This document shows, in pieces, positions 1 through 10,913 of a stretch of 64,000 nucleotides of DNA. The translations under genes and the position numbers were made by a program. The stretch is from an uncultured candidate division Zixibacteria bacterium. GTDB lineage: Bacteria > Zixibacteria > MSB-5A5 > GN15 > FEB-12. The DNA is taken from positions 263,592 through 327,591 of the forward strand of contig CAVQCT010000002.1 of the NCBI GenBank assembly GCA_963711085.1, given 5' to 3'. The notes beneath the pieces were generated by a model. That model searched no databases and was not told the origin of the DNA. It worked only from the letters and a program-made list of their open reading frames with translations. How positions within the stretch are numbered: position 1 is the stretch's first letter; every line of letters begins with the position of its first letter.

Positions 1-230
1 CCTGTGCTGCTATTCTGCTCGGCTACCGCTATCTCAAGTTGCCGTTCTCGGCTGTAATGGGAATGATGTCGGGAATTCAAACTCAGCCGGCCTGTCTCGC
101 CTACTCCAATGAGCGGGCCAACAACGAAATGCCCAACACCTGGTACGCGACCGTGTATCCGGCGGCGATGATTGCGAAGATTATTCTGGCACAGGTGATA
201 GTCTCGGTGCTGCTCGCACTGATAATGTGA
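1..230 (+). CDS. AspT/YidE/YbjL-family transporter, C-terminal part (truncated by window edge)
   Basis: GMMSGIQTQPACLAY...YATVYPAAMIAKIILAQ matches the YidE/YbjL C-terminal signature. Confidence 0.8.
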   Translation, partial: CAAILLGYRYLKLPFSAVMGMMSGIQTQPACLAYSNERANNEMPNTWYATVYPAAMIAKIILAQVIVSVLLALIM

Positions 231-271
231 CAGTTGGCGATTATTGTATTATTTCCGGGAGGCGACAGGTT

Positions 272-892
272 TCAAAATCGATAGCACAGACGTACGGTTC
301 TGTCCGATGGGTCGACCCTCAGACTCAGCGCCGAAGGCCAGTTCTCCTTGTCCACCTCTCTCCACACATCTTCGTGATACAAGTAGCCTATGACGCTGCC
401 GACTGCTGCTCCGACTGAAACATATGCCGCCATACTCTTCAAGGGGAGCTTTCGCGGACTCGGAACGGAAGTCGTATCCAGAGCATCATCTCCGTATATG
501 GCAGCTAACCCGACAAAGAACGCGATGCCGGACCCGCATGCGGCACCGATTGCAGCGCCTTTCAAAATGGACCGTTTCTTTCTTTCGACGACATAGAGTT
601 TCATCTCATCATTCAATCGAGTGCTGTATAGGGCGTTCCCGCGGATGTCCGTATGTAATGTAATTGAGTCGGAGGTGACAGATACAACCGAGCCGATCAC
701 AACCATTGGGGCGTGAGGCGTCTTTCGGGCTATCGAAAGTGAATCACCTGTACGGCTCAATGAGTGAACGATCCGAACCTTTGTGCCAATTCGAATGTCC
801 TTCTTTGAGGACGCCTGTATTGAGACAGGATGCGCTGCTACAACTCCGAGAGCAGTCCAGAAAATTATCAGGAATCTTGCAGTTGCTGTCAT
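272..892 (-). CDS. Hypothetical secreted/membrane protein with glycine-zipper-like segments
   Basis: 206-aa ORF, signal-like N-terminus, GAAIGAACG and GAAVGSVIG segments. Confidence 0.6.
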   Translation of the reverse strand: MTATARFLIIFWTALGVVAAHPVSIQASSKKDIRIGTKVRIVHSLSRTGDSLSIARKTPHAPMVVIGSVVSVTSDSITLHTDIRGNALYSTRLNDEMKLYVVERKKRSILKGAAIGAACGSGIAFFVGLAAIYGDDALDTTSVPSPRKLPLKSMAAYVSVGAAVGSVIGYLYHEDVWREVDKENWPSALSLRVDPSDRTVRLCYRF

Positions 893-1100
893 GTCAATGC
901 GAATATGGCTGTGATTTGAAATTCGATTTCATTCGCAAAATAGACGTCCGAGTAGACAAAATCAAGCAAAGAAATTTCAGCGTTACCTGTTCGTTCTTGA
1001 CTTGTCCCGCAATGTGATTATTTTGAGATAGAAGATAACGATCGGGGCAGGGCAGGACCATCGACGTGGATCGGCCGGCCTCGTCAGCAGGGGATATCGA

Positions 1101-2918
1101 GTGAAACGCTGGTTGTGGATTATTCTCTTCTTGCTTGTCGGGGCTGTTGCATCAGCACGCGAACCCGACTTCAATTTCACGGAATCGATTACCTTCAAGA
1201 TCAAGCAGTCGCGAGAATCATTCAGCATATCCTCCCAGACGGAGATTCAAAGGATCAATCTGACAGAAAGATCACTTTCGGACAAAGAGTGGCTATTGGC
1301 CAGTCCGTCCTTTGCGCCGTTCACTCACGTGAAGCTCCGACACAACGGGAAGTCTCTCAGGAGGGCCACGTACGAACACCCGATGGAGCTGGGCCGGGAG
1401 TATCTCAACGATGATCGTGTTGTGGAGCTCATGCTTCCGGAGGACCTGGCAGTCGGCGACACCATATCGCTAAGTTACTCGCAGGATTACATAGACATTG
1501 CCTATCTTCACCTATTCACCGTCCCGAACATAAACGCCACCGGTTCTTACGAACTCCGGTTCGAACATCCCAATCAGATGTTGATAGAACCGGAATTCTA
1601 TTTTCCTCGAGATTCAGTACCATATCGAGTGGAGCGACCATCGGAGAAAGAAACGATAGTCGCCTTCGACTCCCTGACCTATTCACCGCCGCTGAAATAT
1701 TTCGCCTTCAACCAGGCATTGGCGAAGGTATTGATCAAGATCAAAATCAATGATCGATTGATCACGCCGTCGACGCCTCAATCATTTATGGATTGGTACG
1801 CGCGTCGGGCGCCAGTCGATGTAGAATTAGACAGTGCGTCGCGGGCGAAATGTGCGGGTCAGATTCGTACGACCGATGATACCGCCACGTTCGCAGATAT
1901 TAACGGTTACATTCACCGACGCATTCGCTATATCTCCGACGATCGTGAACTGCACGGAATCATACCACATACGCCGGATGAAACGATGGGGCGCGAATAC
2001 GGTGACTGTAAGGATCGGGCCTACCTGGCGACGTCGATGGCGCGAAGCTATGGAAAACAGGTATGGATGGCGTTAATTTCAACCGAAGCGCAACCCACCT
2101 TTACTGACATTAACTATGGGCTATGGGATCATGTGATTTGTGCTTACGAGGGAAGTGACGGGTATCGGTTCTTCGACCCGACCGACGAATTCGACGATTT
2201 CGGCGACATACCGTCATATCTCAGCGATCGCACGGCACTCATCATGAGGCCCGACAATCCACAACTGGTTTTCACGGGGCTACTGGACTCCGTGCCCAAT
2301 ATTACGTTTGATCTGCGCGGTCGAATCGATTCTCTGTCGTCGGTTCCCGCTCTCATTACTCTTCGCCATGGGATGGCGGCGACGGCTCGAGTTTTCCGCA
2401 GTGAGCAGCAATTCCTCACGTTTTCCCGGATGATGTCCCGTTACCTGAGCGGTCAGCTCTCGCAGATAGCCATTCGCTCGGTCGAGTGGCAGAATGACAC
2501 GGCGAATCAGGTGATCCTGAGCGCGGTAGCCGACCTGTCTCACTTTGCAGCGGTCTCACCCGATCGCATTTATCTCCCGCGTTCGCCATTCGTATTCCCC
2601 ACTCCTGACATTATGGAGCGAGAGTCCGATCAATATCCGCTCTATTTTGATACGGTACTTCACCTCGACTTCTCTCTTGCCCTGGCCGCGCCCGGAGCAA
2701 AGGTGAATCAGGATTCAACTAATCTGAAGGCTGTCCCCGGCGTGTTTTTCAGCAGTATGATGACTCAGGCCGGGCCTGACAGCATCGTTCTAAATTCCCG
2801 GGTAGCCCGATACCCGAAAACGGTTTCAGGTGAGAATCGTCGAAAGTTTATCGACTTCTGCCGGGCCTACTTTATCGCGAAGAAATCAATGTACACTATT
2901 GAGGCGGATAAACAATGA
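1101..2918 (+). CDS. DUF3857/transglutaminase-like secreted protein
   Basis: Signal peptide; GDCKD, DHVI and FDPT give a Cys-His-Asp triad. Confidence 0.85.
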   Translation: MKRWLWIILFLLVGAVASAREPDFNFTESITFKIKQSRESFSISSQTEIQRINLTERSLSDKEWLLASPSFAPFTHVKLRHNGKSLRRATYEHPMELGREYLNDDRVVELMLPEDLAVGDTISLSYSQDYIDIAYLHLFTVPNINATGSYELRFEHPNQMLIEPEFYFPRDSVPYRVERPSEKETIVAFDSLTYSPPLKYFAFNQALAKVLIKIKINDRLITPSTPQSFMDWYARRAPVDVELDSASRAKCAGQIRTTDDTATFADINGYIHRRIRYISDDRELHGIIPHTPDETMGREYGDCKDRAYLATSMARSYGKQVWMALISTEAQPTFTDINYGLWDHVICAYEGSDGYRFFDPTDEFDDFGDIPSYLSDRTALIMRPDNPQLVFTGLLDSVPNITFDLRGRIDSLSSVPALITLRHGMAATARVFRSEQQFLTFSRMMSRYLSGQLSQIAIRSVEWQNDTANQVILSAVADLSHFAAVSPDRIYLPRSPFVFPTPDIMERESDQYPLYFDTVLHLDFSLALAAPGAKVNQDSTNLKAVPGVFFSSMMTQAGPDSIVLNSRVARYPKTVSGENRRKFIDFCRAYFIAKKSMYTIEADKQ

Positions 2919-4912
2919 GGAAGATCCTTCCATTTGCAGCGGCAGCCGCGTTGTTGATAGGCTGCACGACGGCCACTCGAATCAGCGTGCTGGACATGCC
3001 GATCCCGACCGAGACACATGTTGCCCCGATCGATGTGACTCCGTATATGGAAAAATACGGCGACTACGACGGCGTATATCTGGATTATGAAACCACGGTC
3101 GAGCACTCGGGAGACAAAGATCAGACAAAGCAGCTTTTCTTCGGAGGTGCAGCGGGCGGCTGGGTCTACAGCTATCTGCACAAATCGAAGAAGCTGGTAA
3201 TCAACCCTGATGCGTCGTGGTTGACTACAGTCGAGCTTCCTTATTCCAAGCCGGACAAACTGTACATGCGTGTCATCGCACCCGACGGAAGTGTGCAGTA
3301 TTTCGATGCGAACGACCTAATTGAGTTCAAGGACAGCCAGGGACGCAAGCTGTATAAATTCATCTATCCGAATATTCAGAAGGGCTCGATTATTGACTAC
3401 GGGTACGACTACACTTTCACCAGTGGGGGATATCCACCGCCGCTGGATGAGTCGTTCGACCTGCAATTCAGCATCCCATGCGTGAAATTGGATGTTCAAT
3501 ATATTTATCCTAACTGGTGGGAAATTACAACCAAGCGGCTCAGCGAGAAAAAGGGTGTCCCGTTGCTCTTCATGCCTGATTCGGCGAATCACAAGACAAT
3601 TCTTGATTACCATGCGATCGATGTACCTGCCCTCAAACTTGAACCGTACTGCCCGAGCTTCATGGACCTGGCGATGTATCTCGATCTGCGCGTCACTCAT
3701 CTGGAAATGATGGGAGTGAAGTGGGATGCGCCGGCGAACTGGAACGCGGTCTCGGAGAATTTTCGCAAGTACATGATCAAGAAATCGGGAAAGGAAGGGG
3801 ACGACGTTCTGAATCTGGTAACGTCACTTACGGCTAAGTGCACGACCGATCTGGAGAAACTTGACGCCATCAATGACTATATCGTTACCAATATAAAGCG
3901 CGACGCTTACGCTGACTATGACGGCGATCCACACAAGATCCTTGTCCATCAGAAGGGAAATGCTTTCGAAATAACTTCTCTGGCGGAGCAAATGCTGGCC
4001 AAGGCAAACATTAAGAGCCAGTATCTCCTTGTGCACGATGCTACGGATGGGTTCTTCGACAAGCTGTATGTCGATCTCAGTCAGTTCAGTCTGCCGGCGC
4101 TTCGCGTCATGATTGACAGCGTCGACTATGTCCTTTTTCCGTACTATGAGAGACTCCCCATAAACGTCATTCCGCGATTTGCCCAGGGGCAGACCGCTCT
4201 GGTTACGCCGGAAGAGGGACCTACCAGTTTCTGGACCGTCCCGGTTGCCTCGAAAGAACACAATACCGAGGATCGAGTTTGCGACGTGACTGTCGATACC
4301 ACCGGCACGGTTTCAGTCCGGGAGGTGCGCACGCTCCGGGGGCTCGATGCCTATGACATGAGGGACGATATGAGAAACTACTCTCCCGAAGAACTTCGTG
4401 ACAGCCTCAGGGAGCTCGTTGCATATAAGGGAATGAGTGTGACGCTCGATTCGTTTACGGTGGATCATGAAAAGGAGTACCGGGAGCCACTGGCGGTTAC
4501 CATGTATTACTCACTGGAGAACACCATGGCGTTCGCCGGGGATGACGCCATTTTACAGACCGCCGGACTTCTCGCTCCTGTCGCGTACATTCCGCCGTAC
4601 GATGATATCTCCAAACGACAGAACCCGGTTTCTGTCAATTTCGACAGCTACCTGCATCGGACTCTCACGATCTCTTATCCGGAAGGTTGGAATATTGTGA
4701 CACCTCTTAGCGATATCGACTACAAGAATGAGTTCGGCGAGGTGAAAGGGAGTTATCTGACAACACCGGGCAAGCTTTCGGTCGAGCAGGAGCTGTCGCT
4801 GAATCGAGCCACCGGTTCGAAAGAGCAGATTGTCGATTTGGTCGCTTTGATCGGCACCACCCCCAAAACCTGGGTGCCATCTATCGTATTCCGCCAAGCG
4901 GTGGCGAACTGA
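2915..4912 (+). CDS. DUF3857/transglutaminase-like lipoprotein, probably catalytically inactive
   Basis: Lipobox LIGC; PNIQKGSIIDY DUF3857 motif; GNAFEI in place of GDCKD; ATGA overlap with upstream gene. Confidence 0.8.
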   Translation: MRKILPFAAAAALLIGCTTATRISVLDMPIPTETHVAPIDVTPYMEKYGDYDGVYLDYETTVEHSGDKDQTKQLFFGGAAGGWVYSYLHKSKKLVINPDASWLTTVELPYSKPDKLYMRVIAPDGSVQYFDANDLIEFKDSQGRKLYKFIYPNIQKGSIIDYGYDYTFTSGGYPPPLDESFDLQFSIPCVKLDVQYIYPNWWEITTKRLSEKKGVPLLFMPDSANHKTILDYHAIDVPALKLEPYCPSFMDLAMYLDLRVTHLEMMGVKWDAPANWNAVSENFRKYMIKKSGKEGDDVLNLVTSLTAKCTTDLEKLDAINDYIVTNIKRDAYADYDGDPHKILVHQKGNAFEITSLAEQMLAKANIKSQYLLVHDATDGFFDKLYVDLSQFSLPALRVMIDSVDYVLFPYYERLPINVIPRFAQGQTALVTPEEGPTSFWTVPVASKEHNTEDRVCDVTVDTTGTVSVREVRTLRGLDAYDMRDDMRNYSPEELRDSLRELVAYKGMSVTLDSFTVDHEKEYREPLAVTMYYSLENTMAFAGDDAILQTAGLLAPVAYIPPYDDISKRQNPVSVNFDSYLHRTLTISYPEGWNIVTPLSDIDYKNEFGEVKGSYLTTPGKLSVEQELSLNRATGSKEQIVDLVALIGTTPKTWVPSIVFRQAVAN

Positions 4913-4936
4913 CAACCGGGCCAGGCTGACCAGGCG

Positions 4937-5413
4937 TCAGCCGATATGATGGGAGTTTGACACGATAGCGAACAACACGCTCAGAAATGCACCCATCAGA
5001 AGCAGTATCCGCAGGTAGTTGCCTACTGCCCAGCCACGAGCGGCCAGCCTGAGTATCGATGGTTCCGTGGAACTGTCCGAGCGAAACATAATCTTGAGCC
5101 GCGGGTAGTGGAAAGTGAAAGTGATGACATCGGTGGTCGCGAGCGCCAGTACCGCTGCCAGCATCGCCCATCGAGCCGATGGTACGGGCCATGCCCCCCA
5201 CAAACCAGCCAGAAGCAAAAGGAGTGTGACCGGGGAGATAATGCGGAAGTAGTGGGCCGGGGTGGTGCGAACAAGAAACTGACGGGCAAGATTGAGTGAA
5301 TTCGGTATGTCCCGCTCGTAGTTCGGCGCCATCACGACCGATTCGTAGACCGAGGCACCGAGCAGAAGGGCCAGCCCGATGAGGGGCAAAATCAAACTTA
5401 CATCTTGAAACAT
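4937..5413 (-). CDS. DUF1772 (anthrone-oxygenase-like) membrane protein
   Basis: Four hydrophobic helices, TFTFHYPR and W..GNYLR motifs; ATG at 5413 with upstream GGAG. Confidence 0.7.
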   Translation of the reverse strand: MFQDVSLILPLIGLALLLGASVYESVVMAPNYERDIPNSLNLARQFLVRTTPAHYFRIISPVTLLLLLAGLWGAWPVPSARWAMLAAVLALATTDVITFTFHYPRLKIMFRSDSSTEPSILRLAARGWAVGNYLRILLLMGAFLSVLFAIVSNSHHIG

Positions 5414-5552
5414 AGTAACTCCCTTGAACTCAAAATGTATGCTGGTGATGGTACACTTTTGACTCACTGCGACCGGCGGCGCACCTTGCCCGGAAACCGG
5501 CCACAGGTGTTATACGGAAGAGTCCACTCATGAATTAGTGCAATTGCGATAG

Positions 5553-5846
5553 TTATCGCTCAATCAGCCAGCCGATACATAAACATGCGGCAAGGATTAA
5601 GCCGGAGAACGTCACGAGGATAGTAATGCGGAGGATAGAAAAGGGTTTAGGAGATATCTTGTACCCATCGACTTTTGAGAACAGCCAATCGAACACAAGC
5701 TCTCCGGCGCAGTACAACGGAGGAACGATCAATGTATAGAGAATCCAGCCGGAAACGGATTTTGGGAAGTTGGGCCATTGGCTAAGGCACCAAGGCAGCG
5801 GCACGGCGCCACTTCTTAATCTATTTCTAGTATCGTTTGAAGTCAC
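5553..5846 (-). CDS. Hypothetical small membrane protein
   Basis: ORF with two hydrophobic segments between two DUF1772 genes; start uncertain. Confidence 0.35.
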   Translation of the reverse strand: MTSNDTRNRLRSGAVPLPWCLSQWPNFPKSVSGWILYTLIVPPLYCAGELVFDWLFSKVDGYKISPKPFSILRITILVTFSGLILAACLCIGWLIER

Positions 5847-5894
5847 CTTGTACTTCAGTAGTCCGGCAAAAAGTTGTAGAGCGATGATCTTCCG

Positions 5895-6362
5895 TCACAC
5901 CATACTCACCACCAGCACCTCCAGAACGAAAACGACAACTGCAACGATTGCTCGCACAGTGTTGGCCGATTCCCACGGACCCCATACCTCCCGGTTGTTC
6001 GCAGGGGGATTCGAGGAATCCCAGGTCATCAGCTTTTTGTTGATCGGGACATTCACCGACAGGGTAATGCCAAGTACGACAACCGAACCGATTGCCGCGA
6101 TCAAGAGAAGAATGAATCTCGTTCCGCTCCATGAACCCCTGGCCAGGTAAACCCACAGAAAACTGCCGAAGATCGCGAGGATCTGAAGCACCGGCATGAC
6201 CTTCACGTAGACTCGGTGAATCGTCTGCTGGAACATAATGAACGATGAGTCCGGGATTCTGGGAAGAGCGATGCTTGTTCCGAGACGGTTGCCGGCAAAA
6301 ATACCGGCCTGAAGACCGGTGATGAGCAGGGCGATGAAACTCGCAACTGAGATGGATGTCAT
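5895..6362 (-). CDS. DUF1772 (anthrone-oxygenase-like) membrane protein
   Basis: VNVPINKKL..W and WESANTVR motifs; RBS GGAAGGA. Confidence 0.8.
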   Translation of the reverse strand: MTSISVASFIALLITGLQAGIFAGNRLGTSIALPRIPDSSFIMFQQTIHRVYVKVMPVLQILAIFGSFLWVYLARGSWSGTRFILLLIAAIGSVVVLGITLSVNVPINKKLMTWDSSNPPANNREVWGPWESANTVRAIVAVVVFVLEVLVVSMV

Positions 6363-6623
6363 AGATCCTTCCTGTACATCTAAGGTATTCTGTTTTGACC
6401 GACTCTGTTCGTGTCCGATATACTCTCGGTCGAATCGGAGTGCAGTCCTCCGCTTTTCTGGTCAATTGATGGAGTCACTACGAATGAGCGAGAGAGAAGT
6501 TACAAATTTCTTAAATTCGGAGTCCAGAGAGAAGCGCAGGAATTTCAACAGCCGGGCTGGGGTAAAATGCGAAAAGGCGCTACAGAGAACGCATTGTGTG
6601 ACAATGCATTAGGCGGCCGGCCG

Positions 6624-7379
6624 TTACTTGCCGGCGACTACAAAAATACGCCCGTACCCTTCCGGGTCGGCGAGGCTTGTGGCAAGATCCCTGGGGTGGG
6701 CAAAGTGTACATCTTTCCATCCCACTTGCTTCAACATCTCCCGTACGCGGCTCATGTCGAACACAGTGTTGTAGATGGTCTCGTCGAAACGGCTATACGC
6801 ACCCGATGAGAGTTTTGTAAACCCGGTTACTTTAATCCACGCCTTATCGGACTGTCCGTCGTAACTCCCTCGTGTAATGATAAAGGCATCTTCGCTGCTC
6901 TCGTCGATATGAGTCTGATTCCACCGGGCCAATCCGTTTTTCGTATTCAGATCAAAGATGAAGTAACCGTCACACACCTCATACACGTATCGAAAGCAGC
7001 GGAGCAGCGCCTCCTCATGCTCAAGATGATTCAGCGAATCGTATGTTGACACGACAAGGCCGAACTGACGATCCAGGCTGAACTCGCTCGCATCGGCCTT
7101 CAGGAAATCGGCCGCTCCTGATTCTACATATTTCTGATTGTTCTTCCTGGCATATTGAAGCATCGATTCGGAGAGATCGACACCGACAAGGTGATAGCCA
7201 TATTCGAGAAAATGCGCGGCAAGATGTCCGGCGCCGCAGCAAAGATCCAAAACGGCTCTGTTCGTTTGGCCGACCGGTGTGCTCTCGTAGAACGTACGAA
7301 TCATCGGAGCGACTTGATTCGCGAACGAGGCCCAGTGCGAATTGTAAATGCGAGCAAACTCCTCCGAGTACGCCTGCAT
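6624..7379 (-). CDS. Class I SAM-dependent methyltransferase
   Basis: VLDLCCGAG, GVDLSESML, DSLNHL, FIFDLNT. Confidence 0.9.
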   Translation of the reverse strand: MQAYSEEFARIYNSHWASFANQVAPMIRTFYESTPVGQTNRAVLDLCCGAGHLAAHFLEYGYHLVGVDLSESMLQYARKNNQKYVESGAADFLKADASEFSLDRQFGLVVSTYDSLNHLEHEEALLRCFRYVYEVCDGYFIFDLNTKNGLARWNQTHIDESSEDAFIITRGSYDGQSDKAWIKVTGFTKLSSGAYSRFDETIYNTVFDMSRVREMLKQVGWKDVHFAHPRDLATSLADPEGYGRIFVVAGK

Positions 7380-7453
7380 GGGTTCATTCTCCCTTCACCT
7401 GCTCAAGTCGCTCCGTGTGACACTCTATTTCTATTCGTCTGCGGGATATTGGC

Positions 7454-9318
7454 TCAGCCGAACAGATCCTTCAAGGTCAGCTCTTTCTTCATCGATTGGC
7501 CATCCCGGATCAGCTCGAAGGTGAATTTCGTGCCAATCGGCCCCTTGAGCAGTTCACGCAGCTGTACGATTCCGCCAATCTCCTCAAGGCTCTTGCCGTT
7601 GATCGAGACAATCTGATCATCCTTCTGGAATCCGGCCTGCTCAGCCGGAGTCCCGGGTGCGGCCAGCAGGACAGTCAGCTTCCTGTCTGGGTTGAAGATC
7701 AATTGAAGACCGCTGTGGTCGGTGGGGAAGACCTTGTCGAAATCGGCGCCTTTCTCGACAATTACTTTTTCCGTCTTGTAGTCGAGATACAGGGTGAAAT
7801 GCCGGAACAGATCGTTGCCGGCGTTACCGGTTAACTCTTTCACCGAAAATGCTCCCTTACCCTTGACCGAAGGAATCCCAACCTGAAGGCCAGGTACGGT
7901 GAATCCGGCGAATGTTACCTGCTTGAATTTGGCCATCGTCGTGATTTGTCCGCCTCCGGCGCCAAACGCCATCCGCTGCACGCCGGGATGATTCAACAGG
8001 CCGTGGGCCTCGGCATACGGATACAGGAAATCCAGTCCTGATGCGCCCAGGTCAAGATCCCATGAACCGGTGTACTGGCTGTCGATCGCTATCTGTAACT
8101 GGAACATGTTGTTTTTCGCAAGGGGAGCATCGAGAACGACTCCGTTACCGTTGTAAGAAAAACTGTCCGGATCGTAGAACGTAAGCATTTCGTTGGCGTA
8201 ATCGACTTTGGCCACCAGGCGCGAGAGAAAATCGAACCCGAGAATACCACCGACTTCTATCCCCATCGAGCGCTGGAAAATGTCATTAACCGCGATCGCC
8301 GCGACTCTCTGGGAATCGAACGCCAGGCCGTTCAGTTCGAACGGAGGGAGCATGGTAAAGGCAACATCGATTGTGTTCACCGTCCCCTGTCCGGTCAATT
8401 GACCTTCGAGCGGCAGGCCGATTTCATTCGCAAAGTCCTTCTCAATTACGGTCATCTCGGCGCCCGAGTCGAGTACCCAGAGGCGGGTCTTGCCGTTGAT
8501 CGTCAGCGGCAGATAGATATGCAATTCGGTAAACTTGAACGGAACGTCAACCGAACTCTTGCCCGCCAGGAAAGTGAAAATCGTGAACCTGTTCCGACGG
8601 CGGTTCGAACAGGTTCGGATCAATCGGTTGATTGACTTCGACCTTGGAGAACTTGACGGTTGTCGCCTGTTCGGTCGGATGCTCGATCTGGTGAATCTCG
8701 AACGGTATCATAAGGCCGTCAACCTTCCGAAAATCCCGGTTGATTGATTCGGACGAACCTTCAGGTTTAACAATAGTCGTTTTGATCGGAAGATAGTTGG
8801 TCGTGTCGTAGAAATCGTAGAAGACGAACGTGTTGATGGTATTGGTGGTCTTGATCACATAGCAGGTCGATCCATCGGCAGTGTCGATCCGATCGAAAGT
8901 GACGGTGAAGACTTTAGAACCTCGCTTCATATTCTCATGATTGGCCATCAATATGCTGAGTTGGCGTTCTTTCAGTGTCGTCGTGTCACGGGAGATCAGC
9001 AGTTTGCCGTTCTGGTCGACATGCCAGGCCACTTTGCCGTTGTCCCCCGAAACCTGCTTCAGTACTTTGATATCGAACTCTTGCCGGGATTTGTCCGGCA
9101 TCTCGTTCCAGGTTTCGAGCGTTCCCTGAAGTCCGGCACCTTCGATAACCAGCGAGCCTTGCATGTGGGTGGTCCTGGCCGAATCAATCTTCGCCCAGCC
9201 GCCCATTGCGGCCATGTCTTTGTCGAGAATTGCATAAGGGTCGATCGGCGCGGCCGTAACCATTCCGGCCAGGGCGATGAATCGCCAGTCCCATAAGTAT
9301 CTTGAGCGTTCTGCTCAT
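7454..9318 (-). CDS. Secreted aspartyl protease (retropepsin-like) with PDZ domain; split by frameshifts near 9275 and 8560
   Basis: LDSGA and GILGFDFL retropepsin motifs, second DLGA repeat, C-terminal PDZ (PAEQAGFQKDDQIVSING); ORFs 8547-9263 and 7454-8623 join. Confidence 0.8.
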
Positions 9319-9759
9319 AGTATATCTACTCCTCTCTGAAGTTACTTCAGGCCTGATTACTTTTGTGAAGCTACCTGCGAATAACCTGTTTCCCCGTTTA
9401 CATCGCCGGGTTGGTCTCAATTTGGTCATACGGATTTGCCACCGGATTGTTTTCGCAGCATGCTGAGAGAAATTAGCAGAATATCAGGCGAAGAAATCAA
9501 CTGAAATTCGATTTCGTGTCAGACAGGGAGGAAGTTTTCGGTTATGGCAAGACCGCTAATTCGGGTAAATTAATCCGGGTAAATATAGTCAGATATTGCG
9601 TTGGGTTGGCGAATCAAAGGCGCCCCTATATTCCAGTCCCCAGGCGAGAAAGCTTATGCTATGACCCTTGTGTTTTGAGTATTCCAAAAATTTCATCCCA
9701 GAATCGTTACAGGGGAGCTTATCAATTAGTCGAAAAGTCGGAAATCTGGTCAATATTCA

Positions 9760-9793
9760 AAGGCAGCGACTTCGCGCCAGAAGCCGCTGCCTT
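9760..9793 (-). terminator. Hairpin, likely terminator of the spondin gene
   Basis: aaggcagcgacttc-N6-gaagccgctgcctt, 30 bp after the stop codon. Confidence 0.6.
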
Positions 9794-9823
9794 ATCGTTG
9801 ACTTATCCGAAGCAGGAATTCGG

Positions 9824-10675
9824 TTATGAAGCGTCGGTCATCGGAGTGATGGTGACGCGGATAACCTGATTCGTGCGCGGATAGGTATACTGATCGTGCA
9901 CCGGCAGAATCCGCTTATGCTCGGACTGACCGGTATTCGGCGCGGCCTCACGGGGAGCCTGATCCGGACCGAGTCCCGGCTCCTGATTGACCTCGGTGCC
10001 GGCATCCCAGAGAATGAAATACCGGGTGACATCGCCGTTGATTGGACGCCAGCCGCGGAAGAGGGGTATGCCGAGCGTCCCCGGAGCATAGAACAGGTCA
10101 TTCGACTGACCGAACATCGAGGTAAGGGAGAGACGGTCCCCCGGTGAAGCGGTAACCGTGAATTCGAAGTACTTGCCGGGAGTAGCCGGGCCGGGCATCG
10201 CATCGCCAACAGGAATGCTGAACACACCGGTCGACTTTACATAACGATTGTTCGCCATGCTTGCGCCCAGTACCGCCGGATTGCCGTCTTCGGCCTGCTG
10301 CTCAAGCCCCTGACCGTCGTCGTAATGGCCCACTCTGAACAGCGGGTTGAACAGCCGCGTGATCGTCCAGACTCCGGGGGAATTCGGGGCCGGGGCAGTC
10401 TCGCCGTTCGAAAGGTGCAGAGTGGAACCGGTCGAGACATTTTCAATTCTCACCTTAAAGGTGACCGCTCCGTGGCCATACCCGCCACCGAAATGGTCAA
10501 GCCCGGCTACTGCGTCGTCGCCGGTATTGTCAGTGGTCGTCTGTCCGTTATCAGTTCCGTTGAGCGTGCTGTTGTCAGCCGAAGGATCGACATTCGGGGA
10601 TGTCGGCTGTTGGGTGGAACATCCCACTCCCAGCAGCATAATCGCGGCGATAGCAACTACAGATTTCGCCAGCAT
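9824..10675 (-). CDS. Spondin_N domain lipoprotein
   Basis: Lipobox GVGC; AEDG, SMFGQSND and WDAGTEVN spondin motifs. Confidence 0.85.
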   Translation of the reverse strand: MLAKSVVAIAAIMLLGVGCSTQQPTSPNVDPSADNSTLNGTDNGQTTTDNTGDDAVAGLDHFGGGYGHGAVTFKVRIENVSTGSTLHLSNGETAPAPNSPGVWTITRLFNPLFRVGHYDDGQGLEQQAEDGNPAVLGASMANNRYVKSTGVFSIPVGDAMPGPATPGKYFEFTVTASPGDRLSLTSMFGQSNDLFYAPGTLGIPLFRGWRPINGDVTRYFILWDAGTEVNQEPGLGPDQAPREAAPNTGQSEHKRILPVHDQYTYPRTNQVIRVTITPMTDAS

Positions 10676-10913
10676 CGTTTCCTCACTTTCTGCGTAGGTT
10701 GTTTGGTTTTAGGGTGCACATCTTGTTATCGTGTTTGATTCATCTTTTCGAACACACCTACTACAACCGCGCAGGTATCACAAAACTGTCACGAAAGAAT
10801 TAAGAATTCCTCACCACTGCCGCAGGCACGTCGGTCCAGGCCAATACCCGGAAAGCCGTTGCTTGAAATGGAGTTAGGTGGAGAGCTTTATGCCCGAAAG
10901 GGGTGGGCCTGGT

